Positions 46,370 to 55,700 of a stretch of 64,000 nucleotides of DNA are shown piece after piece (position 1 is the stretch's first letter; every line of letters begins with the position of its first letter). Under the pieces are notes generated by a model, which saw only the letters and a program-made list of their open reading frames with translations, was not told the origin of the DNA and did not search any database. This DNA is from Clostridiales bacterium (GTDB lineage: Bacteria > Bacillota > Clostridia > Christensenellales > UBA1242): NCBI GenBank assembly GCA_015055745.1, contig SVHS01000001.1, positions 139,085 to 203,084 of the forward strand. Direction: 5' to 3'. The position numbers were made by a program, and so were the translations under genes.

Positions 46370-48526
46370 TCATTGTGATACTACTTCCAAAATGCGTCTT
46401 CTTTCAGCAGTCAATGTAAAGTCGCCAGTAAGTCTAGCTACTTTGAGACTTTCAAAACATCTTTTTACGGTCGCTACTTTTACATTTGCTTTGTCAGCAA
46501 TTTCTTTTATTTCTTCTTTAGATATATTTTCAAAACTTTGAGTCATGAATTTAGAAGATACTTTTGTCATTAATGATGCTTTAGTTTCTTGTTTTTGTTT
46601 AACTTCTTTTGGTTTTTTAACTATTGGCTTTGCTGGAGTAGTTTCTGTTTTTGGAGTCTCTTCTGGATTTGTAGTGTCAGCTGGTTGTGTAGGAGCTCCG
46701 TAGTAATTGTTGGTTATATTGTTTACTACTGAATGGTCATCTTTAGAAGAATTGTCAGTATTTGAATGATCATCTTTTGAATTATCTACATTGTATATTG
46801 TAGTATCTCCAGTCTTTTCTTGTTGAATCAATTCAGTTAGTCTTGCCAAATAACTTTTATCATCTTCTATTACTTCTTCAGCTTCTACTTCTGCAGGTAA
46901 TTGTATCTCGTCGCCAGTTTCTTCGATGACTTCTGCCTCGGTAGAATCATCATCGTTGATAACGTCATCGTCGCTAGTGGTTTCATCAGTAGTATCATCA
47001 CCAGCGATAGGGTTTTCGATAATGTCTTTTAACCATTGAGGTATTGTGTCATCATCTTCTTCAGATTCTTTCTCTTTGTCATCATCTTCTTCTAGAGTAT
47101 CTTCTTCACGAGGTGGGAATTTATATGGGACACCTCCCACCACTATAGCTTCCTCTGCTTTTGGTGTTGTATTATCATCACTGCTGTCAGTGAAGGTGCC
47201 ATCAGGTGGTGTCTCAGGGTCTAGTAGGCTAATGTTATCAATTTCATCTTCATTGTTATTGTCGTTTTCGTTGTTTAGATCATCAATGATTTCGTCTTCA
47301 TCTTCAGGTATGATTATATCTTCATCATTTTCATCTTCTACCATTACATAATTATTTACATAATCTTCTATTTGAGGGAAGAGATCTTTACCGTTGATCA
47401 ATTCTTCTGCCATGCGAATCTTTTTATCTTTGTTTTTCCTTAATACAGGTTTGATAGCTTTGTTTGCTTCTTTTACATTTTTATTATATGTATCTATCTC
47501 TTGAGCAGTAGTAGGATCCAAGTTTCCGATAATTTTAAAGTAATTTGCGATATTTGCATAGATGTCTATATTTTCCATTACATATTTTTTACCTTGCTTA
47601 GAAGTAAGAGTGGCGTGTAGTACAGAGCCGTTGATATCGTTTCTAACGAAATTATTTATCTCTAACATTAGGTTCCAGATAGGAGTTAATTCGTCTTTAA
47701 TATTTTCAGTGCTTTTTCCTTCATTTATTAATTTATGCTCTGTCTCTGCATATATTTTACCTAGCTCTTTAGCGAATTTTTCTAGCTGATGTATTCTATT
47801 TCTATTTTGGATATTTAAAAATACTTTGTACAATCTCTTAAATGGATTGTTACTTTCTCTTAATGTTAAGATTTTGTCATTCGCTTTGTCGATATTGTCT
47901 AATAGAGTCTTTAGATTCAAATTCTCAAATGCTTCACCATTTTTATAAGCTTCCAAATCTTTGGTGATGCTTTTATTGTAAGCTATATTATGGGCTATTC
48001 TAGTGATGACATGTTTTGATACCAATACAGTAGCAGTAGCTGCTAGACCTGCAAATAGTCCTACTGTACCTAACTGAAGCATATTGACCAAAGTGCTACT
48101 ACTAATGGTGATAAGACCGCCCAATACCTTTGAGCCTGCAGCTAGAGATGCATTGGCCCAACCTGCGCCCACGCCAAAAGCTACGCCTGAGGTCATGAAT
48201 AGTGGTGCCAAAAACTTTTTGATAAATCTATTGGTACCAAGCTTCATTTTCTTTATAGAATAGTCTATCTTTAGTTTGCTACCTAGACTCTTTGGTGTCT
48301 TATAATCATCTTCATACCAAACCGCTGGTATCATAATTCCTTTTTTGTACGCATACCAGTTATATAAAGTCTTAGCTTGATCTGTATTTAGATTATTTAG
48401 CTCTAAAAAACTACGGAAATCTTCCTCTTTTGGAATAAGTGATTCTCCTTCTCGTGATTTTTCCTTTATAAAATTATCAAATTCTTCAAATAATTTATTG
48501 ATATCTCTCTTGAAATTGGTAGTCAT
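46370..48526 (-). CDS. hypothetical membrane protein with long poly-acidic region and C-terminal HTH-like module
   Basis: ORF track 46370..48586. ATG 48526 follows AAGGAGGGG. Gly/Ala-rich TM pair, D/E/N low-complexity region of about 200 aa, and C-terminal ISKEEIKEIADKANVKVATVKRCFESLK. Confidence 0.6.
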   Translation of the reverse strand: MTTNFKRDINKLFEEFDNFIKEKSREGESLIPKEEDFRSFLELNNLNTDQAKTLYNWYAYKKGIMIPAVWYEDDYKTPKSLGSKLKIDYSIKKMKLGTNRFIKKFLAPLFMTSGVAFGVGAGWANASLAAGSKVLGGLITISSSTLVNMLQLGTVGLFAGLAATATVLVSKHVITRIAHNIAYNKSITKDLEAYKNGEAFENLNLKTLLDNIDKANDKILTLRESNNPFKRLYKVFLNIQNRNRIHQLEKFAKELGKIYAETEHKLINEGKSTENIKDELTPIWNLMLEINNFVRNDINGSVLHATLTSKQGKKYVMENIDIYANIANYFKIIGNLDPTTAQEIDTYNKNVKEANKAIKPVLRKNKDKKIRMAEELINGKDLFPQIEDYVNNYVMVEDENDEDIIIPEDEDEIIDDLNNENDNNNEDEIDNISLLDPETPPDGTFTDSSDDNTTPKAEEAIVVGGVPYKFPPREEDTLEEDDDKEKESEEDDDTIPQWLKDIIENPIAGDDTTDETTSDDDVINDDDSTEAEVIEETGDEIQLPAEVEAEEVIEDDKSYLARLTELIQQEKTGDTTIYNVDNSKDDHSNTDNSSKDDHSVVNNITNNYYGAPTQPADTTNPEETPKTETTPAKPIVKKPKEVKQKQETKASLMTKVSSKFMTQSFENISKEEIKEIADKANVKVATVKRCFESLKVARLTGDFTLTAERRRILEVVSQ

Positions 48527-48667
48527 TTTAACCCCTCCTTGTTTATCAATTAGTCGAATTATAATACACACTTGGCAGTTTGTCAATACCGAATTTTAAA
48601 AAAATTACCCAAAATCTTATAGAATTTGAGTAATTTATTACATAAAAGTATATAATTTTACAAATTT

Positions 48668-49273
48668 TTACTTCAAAGTATTGAGTTTGTCTACCAAATC
48701 ATACATTGTTCTCAATTCGTGAATGTGTACTATAAATTCTTTTGCAAACATGATTTCGACAAATTCATAGCTAGACATATCAATATTTTCTTTATCGTAG
48801 GTATATATGACATTTTTGCACATTTCTATCATTCTGTCAAAGCATTGGTCTATATCAAACCAATCAATGTGTTCTATCAATGATTCTATCGATAGGCTTA
48901 ATGATTGACAAAGTGAAGCCATTTCTGTTTCGACTTCGACCCAATCAATATACCCATCATATAAATTACCATCAGTAAATTCATAATGAGGCTTTCCTAT
49001 AATAACTCTATTGATTAAATTTTTGGAAACGTTGTCTACAGATTCAAAGTAGTTATGCTGTCGCTTGATATACATATTTAAATATACCAAGATGCAAGAA
49101 GCGTAGCTCAATTTACTATTGGGTACTATCCATTTCTTTGAGGGGCATAATGCATAATATGATAGACATTCGTACAAATGGGGAAAATATTTTTTGATAG
49201 CATGCTTGTCTATTTGTGATGATAATACATTGTTCATGTCGGTAATATTATCACCAAACACAATCTTTGTCAA
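48668..49273 (-). CDS. hypothetical protein
   Basis: 201-aa ORF with a TTG start 3 nt after the cmk stop. No family recognised and start uncertain. Confidence 0.4.
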   Translation of the reverse strand: MTKIVFGDNITDMNNVLSSQIDKHAIKKYFPHLYECLSYYALCPSKKWIVPNSKLSYASCILVYLNMYIKRQHNYFESVDNVSKNLINRVIIGKPHYEFTDGNLYDGYIDWVEVETEMASLCQSLSLSIESLIEHIDWFDIDQCFDRMIEMCKNVIYTYDKENIDMSSYEFVEIMFAKEFIVHIHELRTMYDLVDKLNTLK

Positions 49274-49276
49274 TAT

Positions 49277-49927
49277 TTAGATTTGAATATGTTCTAACAT
49301 TTTGTCTACGACTTCATCTGTATTGAGATGGGAAGAATCGATTATAAATGCGCCATTTGGTATTACTAGTGGAGCGATTTTTTTATTTTTATCAGCCAAA
49401 TCGCGTTGTTTTAATTGATTTTCCACATCTTTTAGTGTGATTTTTGAATTTTTTTCTAGTTCTTCTTTTAGTCTTCGTTTAGCTCTTACATTTACATCGC
49501 AATCCAAATAAAACTTGTATTCGGCATCAGGGAACACGAAGCTACCGATGTCTCTACCTTCGATGACTACATTATGCTCACGACAAAATCTTCTTTGACA
49601 ATCATCTATCAATTTTCGAATCGATCTATTTGAAGACACTTTTGGAGTAAGGATACTGATGTTGTTGTCTCGCAGTCTAGTGGAGTAATCTGTCCCATTT
49701 ACTATAACGACTTGATGGTTGTCTTGCATCTGTACATTGATATCAAAATCAAAAGTAGGTGAGTCTGTAGAGATGTCTGAGATGTCTACTTTTTTGTCCA
49801 TTAAATATGCAGTGACAGCACGGTAAAGAGAGCCTGAATTGAAGTGAATAAACCCTAGTCTTTTACTTAAGATTTCTGCTACTGTAGATTTGCCACTACC
49901 TGCAGGTCCATCTATAGAAATAATCAT
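49277..49927 (-). CDS. cmk: cytidylate kinase
   Basis: [15 protein letters not shown]-loop, [13 protein letters not shown]. The start overlaps the eno stop (ATGA). Confidence 0.9.
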   Translation of the reverse strand: MIISIDGPAGSGKSTVAEILSKRLGFIHFNSGSLYRAVTAYLMDKKVDISDISTDSPTFDFDINVQMQDNHQVVIVNGTDYSTRLRDNNISILTPKVSSNRSIRKLIDDCQRRFCREHNVVIEGRDIGSFVFPDAEYKFYLDCDVNVRAKRRLKEELEKNSKITLKDVENQLKQRDLADKNKKIAPLVIPNGAFIIDSSHLNTDEVVDKMLEHIQI

Positions 49928-51180
49928 AAGCTATATCTTGCCTTTTTCTTTAGCTCTCGCTCAATGCGTATAAGCTGGTTGTATTTTGCCACTCGGTCTG
50001 TCCTAGATATTGATCCTGATTTTATTTGTCCAGCATCAAGTGCTACTGCTAGGTCTGCAATAAATGTGTCTTCAGTCTCACCACTTCTGTGAGAGATTAC
50101 GGTGTTGTATCCATTTTCTTTAGCGATACGTATAGTCTCGAGCGTCTCAGTGAGACTGCCGATTTGATTTAGTTTGATAAGGATAGCATTTGCTACACCT
50201 TTAGATATGCCTTCGCTCAAAATCTTTGGATTAGTCACAAAAACATCATCTCCTACGATTTGAATTTTTGAGCCTAATTTTTTTGTTATTTTTGTCCAGC
50301 CTGTCCAGTCATTTTCGCTCAATGGATCTTCGATAGAAATGATAGGATATTTTTTTATGAGCTGAGCAAACCAGTCTATCATCTCAGTGGTAGTTTTTTC
50401 TCCGCCTTTGCTTTTCTTTAGCTGATATTTTTTTGTATCGTTATTATAAAATTCGCTAGCTGCTACGTCCATTGCTATAGATATGTCCCGACCTGCTACA
50501 TAACCTGCATTTTTGATAGCTGTCATTATTGCCTCTAGTGGCTCTTCATTGTTTTTAAAGTTTGGAGCGAATCCGCCTTCGTCTCCCACACCAGTAGAGT
50601 AGCCTTTTTCCTTGAGGACTTTCTTTAGCTCTACAAATGTCTCGCTAGCCATTTGCATTGCGTGACTAAAAGTCTTAGCGCCGATAGGCATGATCATGTA
50701 TTCTTGGAAATCTACATTGCTGTCAGCGTGTGCGCCGCCATTGATGACATTCATCATGGGTACAGGTAGTTTTGTACCGTTGCCGATAGTTTTGTATAGA
50801 GGCTTTTTCTTTTCGATAGCATTTGCTCTTGCTACAGCTAGACTCACGCTAAGTATTGCATTAGCGCCGAGTTTGGTCTTGTAGTCTGTGCCGTCAAGAT
50901 CTAGCATAAGTTTGTCTATTTCTTTTTGGTTGCTTACGTCTTTTCCGATAAGGGCGGGCGCGATGATTTTGTTTACATTTTGGCAAGCAGTGAGCACTCC
51001 TTTTCCATGGAAGCGTTCACCACCGTCACGTAGTTCGAGGGCTTCTCTTTCACCAGTAGATGCACCACTAGGTACCATAGCGGTGGCGACCACTCCGTCT
51101 GCTAGCTCGACTCTACATTCAACAGTCGGATTACCACGGCTGTCTATCACTTCATAAGCTTCTATATTTTTTATTTTCAT
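49924..51180 (-). CDS. eno: enolase
   Basis: [33 protein letters not shown]. Confidence 0.95.
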   Translation of the reverse strand: MKIKNIEAYEVIDSRGNPTVECRVELADGVVATAMVPSGASTGEREALELRDGGERFHGKGVLTACQNVNKIIAPALIGKDVSNQKEIDKLMLDLDGTDYKTKLGANAILSVSLAVARANAIEKKKPLYKTIGNGTKLPVPMMNVINGGAHADSNVDFQEYMIMPIGAKTFSHAMQMASETFVELKKVLKEKGYSTGVGDEGGFAPNFKNNEEPLEAIMTAIKNAGYVAGRDISIAMDVAASEFYNNDTKKYQLKKSKGGEKTTTEMIDWFAQLIKKYPIISIEDPLSENDWTGWTKITKKLGSKIQIVGDDVFVTNPKILSEGISKGVANAILIKLNQIGSLTETLETIRIAKENGYNTVISHRSGETEDTFIADLAVALDAGQIKSGSISRTDRVAKYNQLIRIERELKKKARYSL

Positions 51181-51522
51181 ATTATTTCTCCTTGTTAAAA
51201 TTATATCACATTTTAATTTTTTTCAAAACAAAACTACATCATTATTTTTTTGCTAAACCTTTCTTGCTTTATATAAGAGTAAAAAATAAAAATCAAAAAA
51301 TTATATCAATTCGACAAAAACATATGCAAAAACACTGCATTTTTGATGATTTTTATAAAAATTTTATGATTTTCACAGCAATTCAAGGTAAAAACAAGTA
51401 TTTTCTACAAGGTAAAAATTTTTTCATAAAAGAAAGTTTCATCATTCGACAAACAAAATTTCTTTTCAATACGAGTCGTCAAAACGCTACACAAAAAATT
51501 AAATTTGTGCTATCATACTCAC

Positions 51523-52125
51523 ATGAAAATTTTAAGTCTAAAAGTAAAATCAAAAAACAATCCAAATATTTTCATCGCAGAGACTGATGGTGGAGAGGTA
51601 GAGCTACATAGTGAAGTGATAGTGAAGTATGGTGTCGGAGTGGGCGAGATAGATGATAAAGATTTTGTAGAGTATGTTGATGATAGTGCGGAGATTATTG
51701 GTGCTAATCTATGTATGAAATATATCTCATCTAGGCTCAAGACAGAAAAGCAAATCAAAGACTATCTTTATAAAAAAAGTTATACTACGCGTATTATAAA
51801 TAGGATAATAGAAAAACTAAAAAATTATTCTGTCATCGATGACTCAGAGTTTGCTGATAGCTATATTAGGAGCAATCAAAATTTTAGCAAAAACAAACTC
51901 AAGCAAAAACTCGCTTCATTTGGTGTGGGGGCTAGCTTGATAGAAGAAAAATTGACCGATGTAGACGATATGGATAGCTGTGTGTCTCATGCAGAAAAAT
52001 TCTTGCGTGGAAAAATGATGACGAGAGAAGTAAAAGAAAAACTTTATCGCAAGCTGGTGAATCTTGGTTTTGGTTATGATGTGATAAAGAGAGTGATAAA
52101 TAAATTTGATTTTGAGGAGGAATAA
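51523..52125 (+). CDS. recX: recombination regulator RecX
   Basis: ORF track 51505..52125. ATG 51523 follows TGcTATCAT plus 6 nt. Repeated three-helix modules (IKDYLYKKSYTTRIINRIIEKLKNYSVIDDSEFADSYIRS). Confidence 0.7.
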   Translation: MKILSLKVKSKNNPNIFIAETDGGEVELHSEVIVKYGVGVGEIDDKDFVEYVDDSAEIIGANLCMKYISSRLKTEKQIKDYLYKKSYTTRIINRIIEKLKNYSVIDDSEFADSYIRSNQNFSKNKLKQKLASFGVGASLIEEKLTDVDDMDSCVSHAEKFLRGKMMTREVKEKLYRKLVNLGFGYDVIKRVINKFDFEEE

Positions 52126-52469
52126 TGATAGGTATAGATATTGAGCAGATCAGTAGATTCGAGCATTGGACAGATGAGGGATACAAGAGAGTGTTTGCAG
52201 AGAGTGAGATAGAGTATGCCAAAAGGTTTGAAGATTCACTCGAGCATTTTTGCGGATTCTTTTGTGTGAAGGAAGCATTTGTAAAAGCTCTCGATGATGA
52301 TGGTATTAGTTATAGCCAGATAGAAGTACTTCACAATGAAAACGGAAAGCCTTATATCCATCGCACCAAATACATTGACTCTATCTTGTGTGAACATTTT
52401 GCAAATAAGATAGATATCAGTATCTCGCATTGTAAAGATTATGCTGTCGCTGTCGTGATTGTGGAATAG
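52125..52469 (+). CDS. acpS: holo-[acyl-carrier-protein] synthase
   Basis: MIGIDIEQISRF, FCVKEAFVKAL, ISISHCKDYAVAVVIVE. SD GAGGAGG; the ATG overlaps the recX stop. Confidence 0.85.
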   Translation: MIGIDIEQISRFEHWTDEGYKRVFAESEIEYAKRFEDSLEHFCGFFCVKEAFVKALDDDGISYSQIEVLHNENGKPYIHRTKYIDSILCEHFANKIDISISHCKDYAVAVVIVE

Positions 52470-52784
52470 CAAAAAATAAAAATTGCATTAAAATTTTTAA
52501 AAAATGCAATTTTTTCATGATTTTTTGCATATTTTTTGATTATTTTTAAAATTTTTCAATATTTTTTATTTATTAATTATTTCCTTATTTAAAATATTTT
52601 TCTTATTTTCACATGAAGTCGAAGATAAAGAACATACTAATCGAGAGAAAAGAAATTTATTTTGTCAAGCGATTTTACAAAATATTGTTGAGAAAATTTT
52701 AAAATTTCTCGTCAAATAATTTGTTTTTTCGCCAAAATATTTGTATACTAAAAGTATAAATTTTCAGGGGAAAAGGAGTTTGTT

Positions 52785-55700
52785 ATGGGAAAACTAACAA
52801 AGAAGAGTACGAAGATTGCAGTGCGTTCTTGTCTAGCATTCTTTCTAGTCGCAATGTTGGTATTGTCTGGTGTGGGCATTTATGCTTTCTTCCATAAGAA
52901 AGAAGATGGTGCTACTCCAGAGAATCCATTAGCATGGTCTATAGACGCATGGGACGGCAAGACTGTGAGTGCTGCAGATTTCGTATCAGATTTTGGTGGT
53001 CGTGGTGACAAGACTATCACTATCGACTCAGCCGAGTCTTTTGTATATTTCGTCGAGGAGGTAAATAAAGGTGTCGACTACGCTGGTCACACGATTTATC
53101 TAAATTCAAACATTGACCTAGGCGGATATAGGATTGACTCTATCGGTAATGAAGATCATCCGTTCCGTGGTACATTCGACGGTGGATACTATACGATCTA
53201 CAATGCGAGTATTAAAGGTAATGGTCTGTTTGGACACACAGAGAGAGCTGTGATCAAAAATATCGGTCTATACGGCTGTACTATAAAAGGTGCAGGAGAG
53301 TATGTAGGTGGATTGATTGGTACAGCGGTGAATACTGATGTGTACGATTCATTCGTGCGCCTTGGCTCAGTGAAGGGCGAAAATTATGTAGCAGGTCTAG
53401 TAGGTAAAGTAGTGAGCACAAATAGTGTCCATCACTATATCTCTCAGTCTTTCGCAGATACTGCACTAGAGGGTGAAGTAGTAGGAGGCTTGGTAGGTGA
53501 GCTTTATTCAAATGATTCTACTTATAGCAAGCTAAATATGAGCTACTCATACTTCACAGGTGCAGAGAAAGCGATCGCAAAAGCTGAAGAAAAATATTAC
53601 TCAGCTGACAAGATTATCGCTTCACCTAGATCTAGCGCAGAGTTTGTCTTCTGGGATACATATGATGCAGAGTACAAAAATGGTGACACATGGTGTGACT
53701 ATTCTTTCCGTGCGTATTCTGATGAATTGGATTTCCGTTTCCCTATATTAAGTAGATTCAATAAAGTATACAATACAGGTTCTTATTATGAAAATGTATT
53801 GGTGGTAGATGGTGAAGCTCAAGATAGCGCTAGCTTGTCAGATGCTATCACTACAGCAGATAGTTCTGCTTCTTCAGAGATTCGTCTCTTGGTAGATAAA
53901 GTTTATCTAGAAGAAAGAGCCGAGATAGAAAATACTACTCTTACTATCTCAGCTGTGAAGAATACTACTATTGTGAGAGGTGAGAGCAATGAAGATAGCC
54001 TTATCGTAAGTAAAGGTACATCTACTCTTATCCTTGGTGATGAGTCAAACAAAGAGCTTATCTTAGATGGTAATAGTGACTATGTAGAGTCAAAGGATAT
54101 CTCATCAGGAGCTCTAGTCGTAGCTACTGGTCATGACTTTGTGATGAATAAGAATGTCACTATCCAAAATAATATCAACAATATGACAGATTACGGTGGT
54201 GGCTTATTAGTTTATGATTTGGACGTAGATGATGTCACTATTCGTGGTACTGTACAGCACTGTCAGGGTAAGAATGGTGGTGGTGTGGCAGTCATCATGC
54301 CTAAGGCTACTATTCAGATGAAGATTCTTAATAATATAGGTACTGGTCTATATCTAGATACCAAGATGGATGCTCCAGCAGAGCAGACATTTAGCTCTCT
54401 ATATGGCACTCCGCGCGTAGCTAGACCTATGGCTGACGCTCCAGGTCTATCAGCTTCAGGTAATTATACACTTAGCGACGGTACTACTGTAGATGATAAT
54501 GACTATACCTACGGTACAGGTGGTGTGTACTGTAGTGGTAACTTGACGTTCTTTCCAGACAGTAAGGGTATCTCAGTTTCTGGTAATAGAAGTCATTATG
54601 GTACAGGCGGTATTAGTGCTAAATATATAGATCTTGATCCGGAAGTTGAGATGTTCTATGCGGGTTCAAGTTGGATCCATATTGATAATAATGTCACTAC
54701 AGGTGGCAGCAGTAGTGCTGACTGTGTGGCTGCGATATATTCAAATTCTTCTATATCATTACACAATGTTCTGTTTTCTATATCTGGCAATACATACGGT
54801 GAATCATCTTCGTCTCCTTATTACAATCGTAGTGGTGCTATTGTGTATTGTGGTGAATCTTTGGGATTAAAAGGATTCACTATGGGTGGCGAAAATTCAC
54901 TCATTCAAAATAATTACGTATACCAAAGCGGTGAGAATGCGTTTAACGGCTGCGTTTCTGCTATATATGCCAATTCTGGAATCGGTCGTTTGGAAACAAT
55001 TGATATCTCAAACAATGTCGTAGGTGGAAATTGTGATGGTGGTAGCTATAGTGCAGCTACAATGTTTGAGATTGGTTCTGAAACTTTTGGTCAGGTTACT
55101 GTGTGTGATATTACTCTTTCTGAGAATAGTTGTTTACCTTACAGCTCATATGCTGACTTTTATATTCCTCAACAAGGTGCTATTGTTGATGGGGGTATTA
55201 TGAATAGCACGACTCGCTTCTCAGTATATAAGGCAGGTGTGATGCCTACCACTTGTGTAGATGGTGGTGACACAGATCCGGATAGTGCAAGTACTATTGC
55301 TAATATAGATACGTCAAGTTATGATTGGTGGTCAGATTGTCTTATCACACTAGTATCAGAGAATGGTTATACAGCTCAGCCAATACGTACCAAAGGTACA
55401 AACTATATCCTAGCAGTAGATTCTTCAGGAGGTGGTGGCTCAGGTGGTAGCTCTTCTGGTGGTAATCAATACGAGCTATATCTTCCAGAGCACTATACTT
55501 ATGCTGACGGAGTATTGACAGGCGTCAGTGATGCGGGCTTCGCTTATATGAATGAGCAGTTAGGCACATCTTATTCTAGCTTATCTGATTGTTATAGTGA
55601 GACTCTAGATATCTATATTCCTAATATATCAGGTGTCAATACTATTAGCGAATTCTTGAGTAGTGTATACAATGCTGACCACGTGATCATAGAAAGCAAT

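Noticed and set aside
51192-51587. 131-aa ORF in the eno-recX intergenic region
   Set aside because: A K/F/I/N-rich low-complexity translation of AT-rich non-coding DNA with no SD. It overlaps the recX promoter and start and is typical of a chance ORF in AT-rich sequence.
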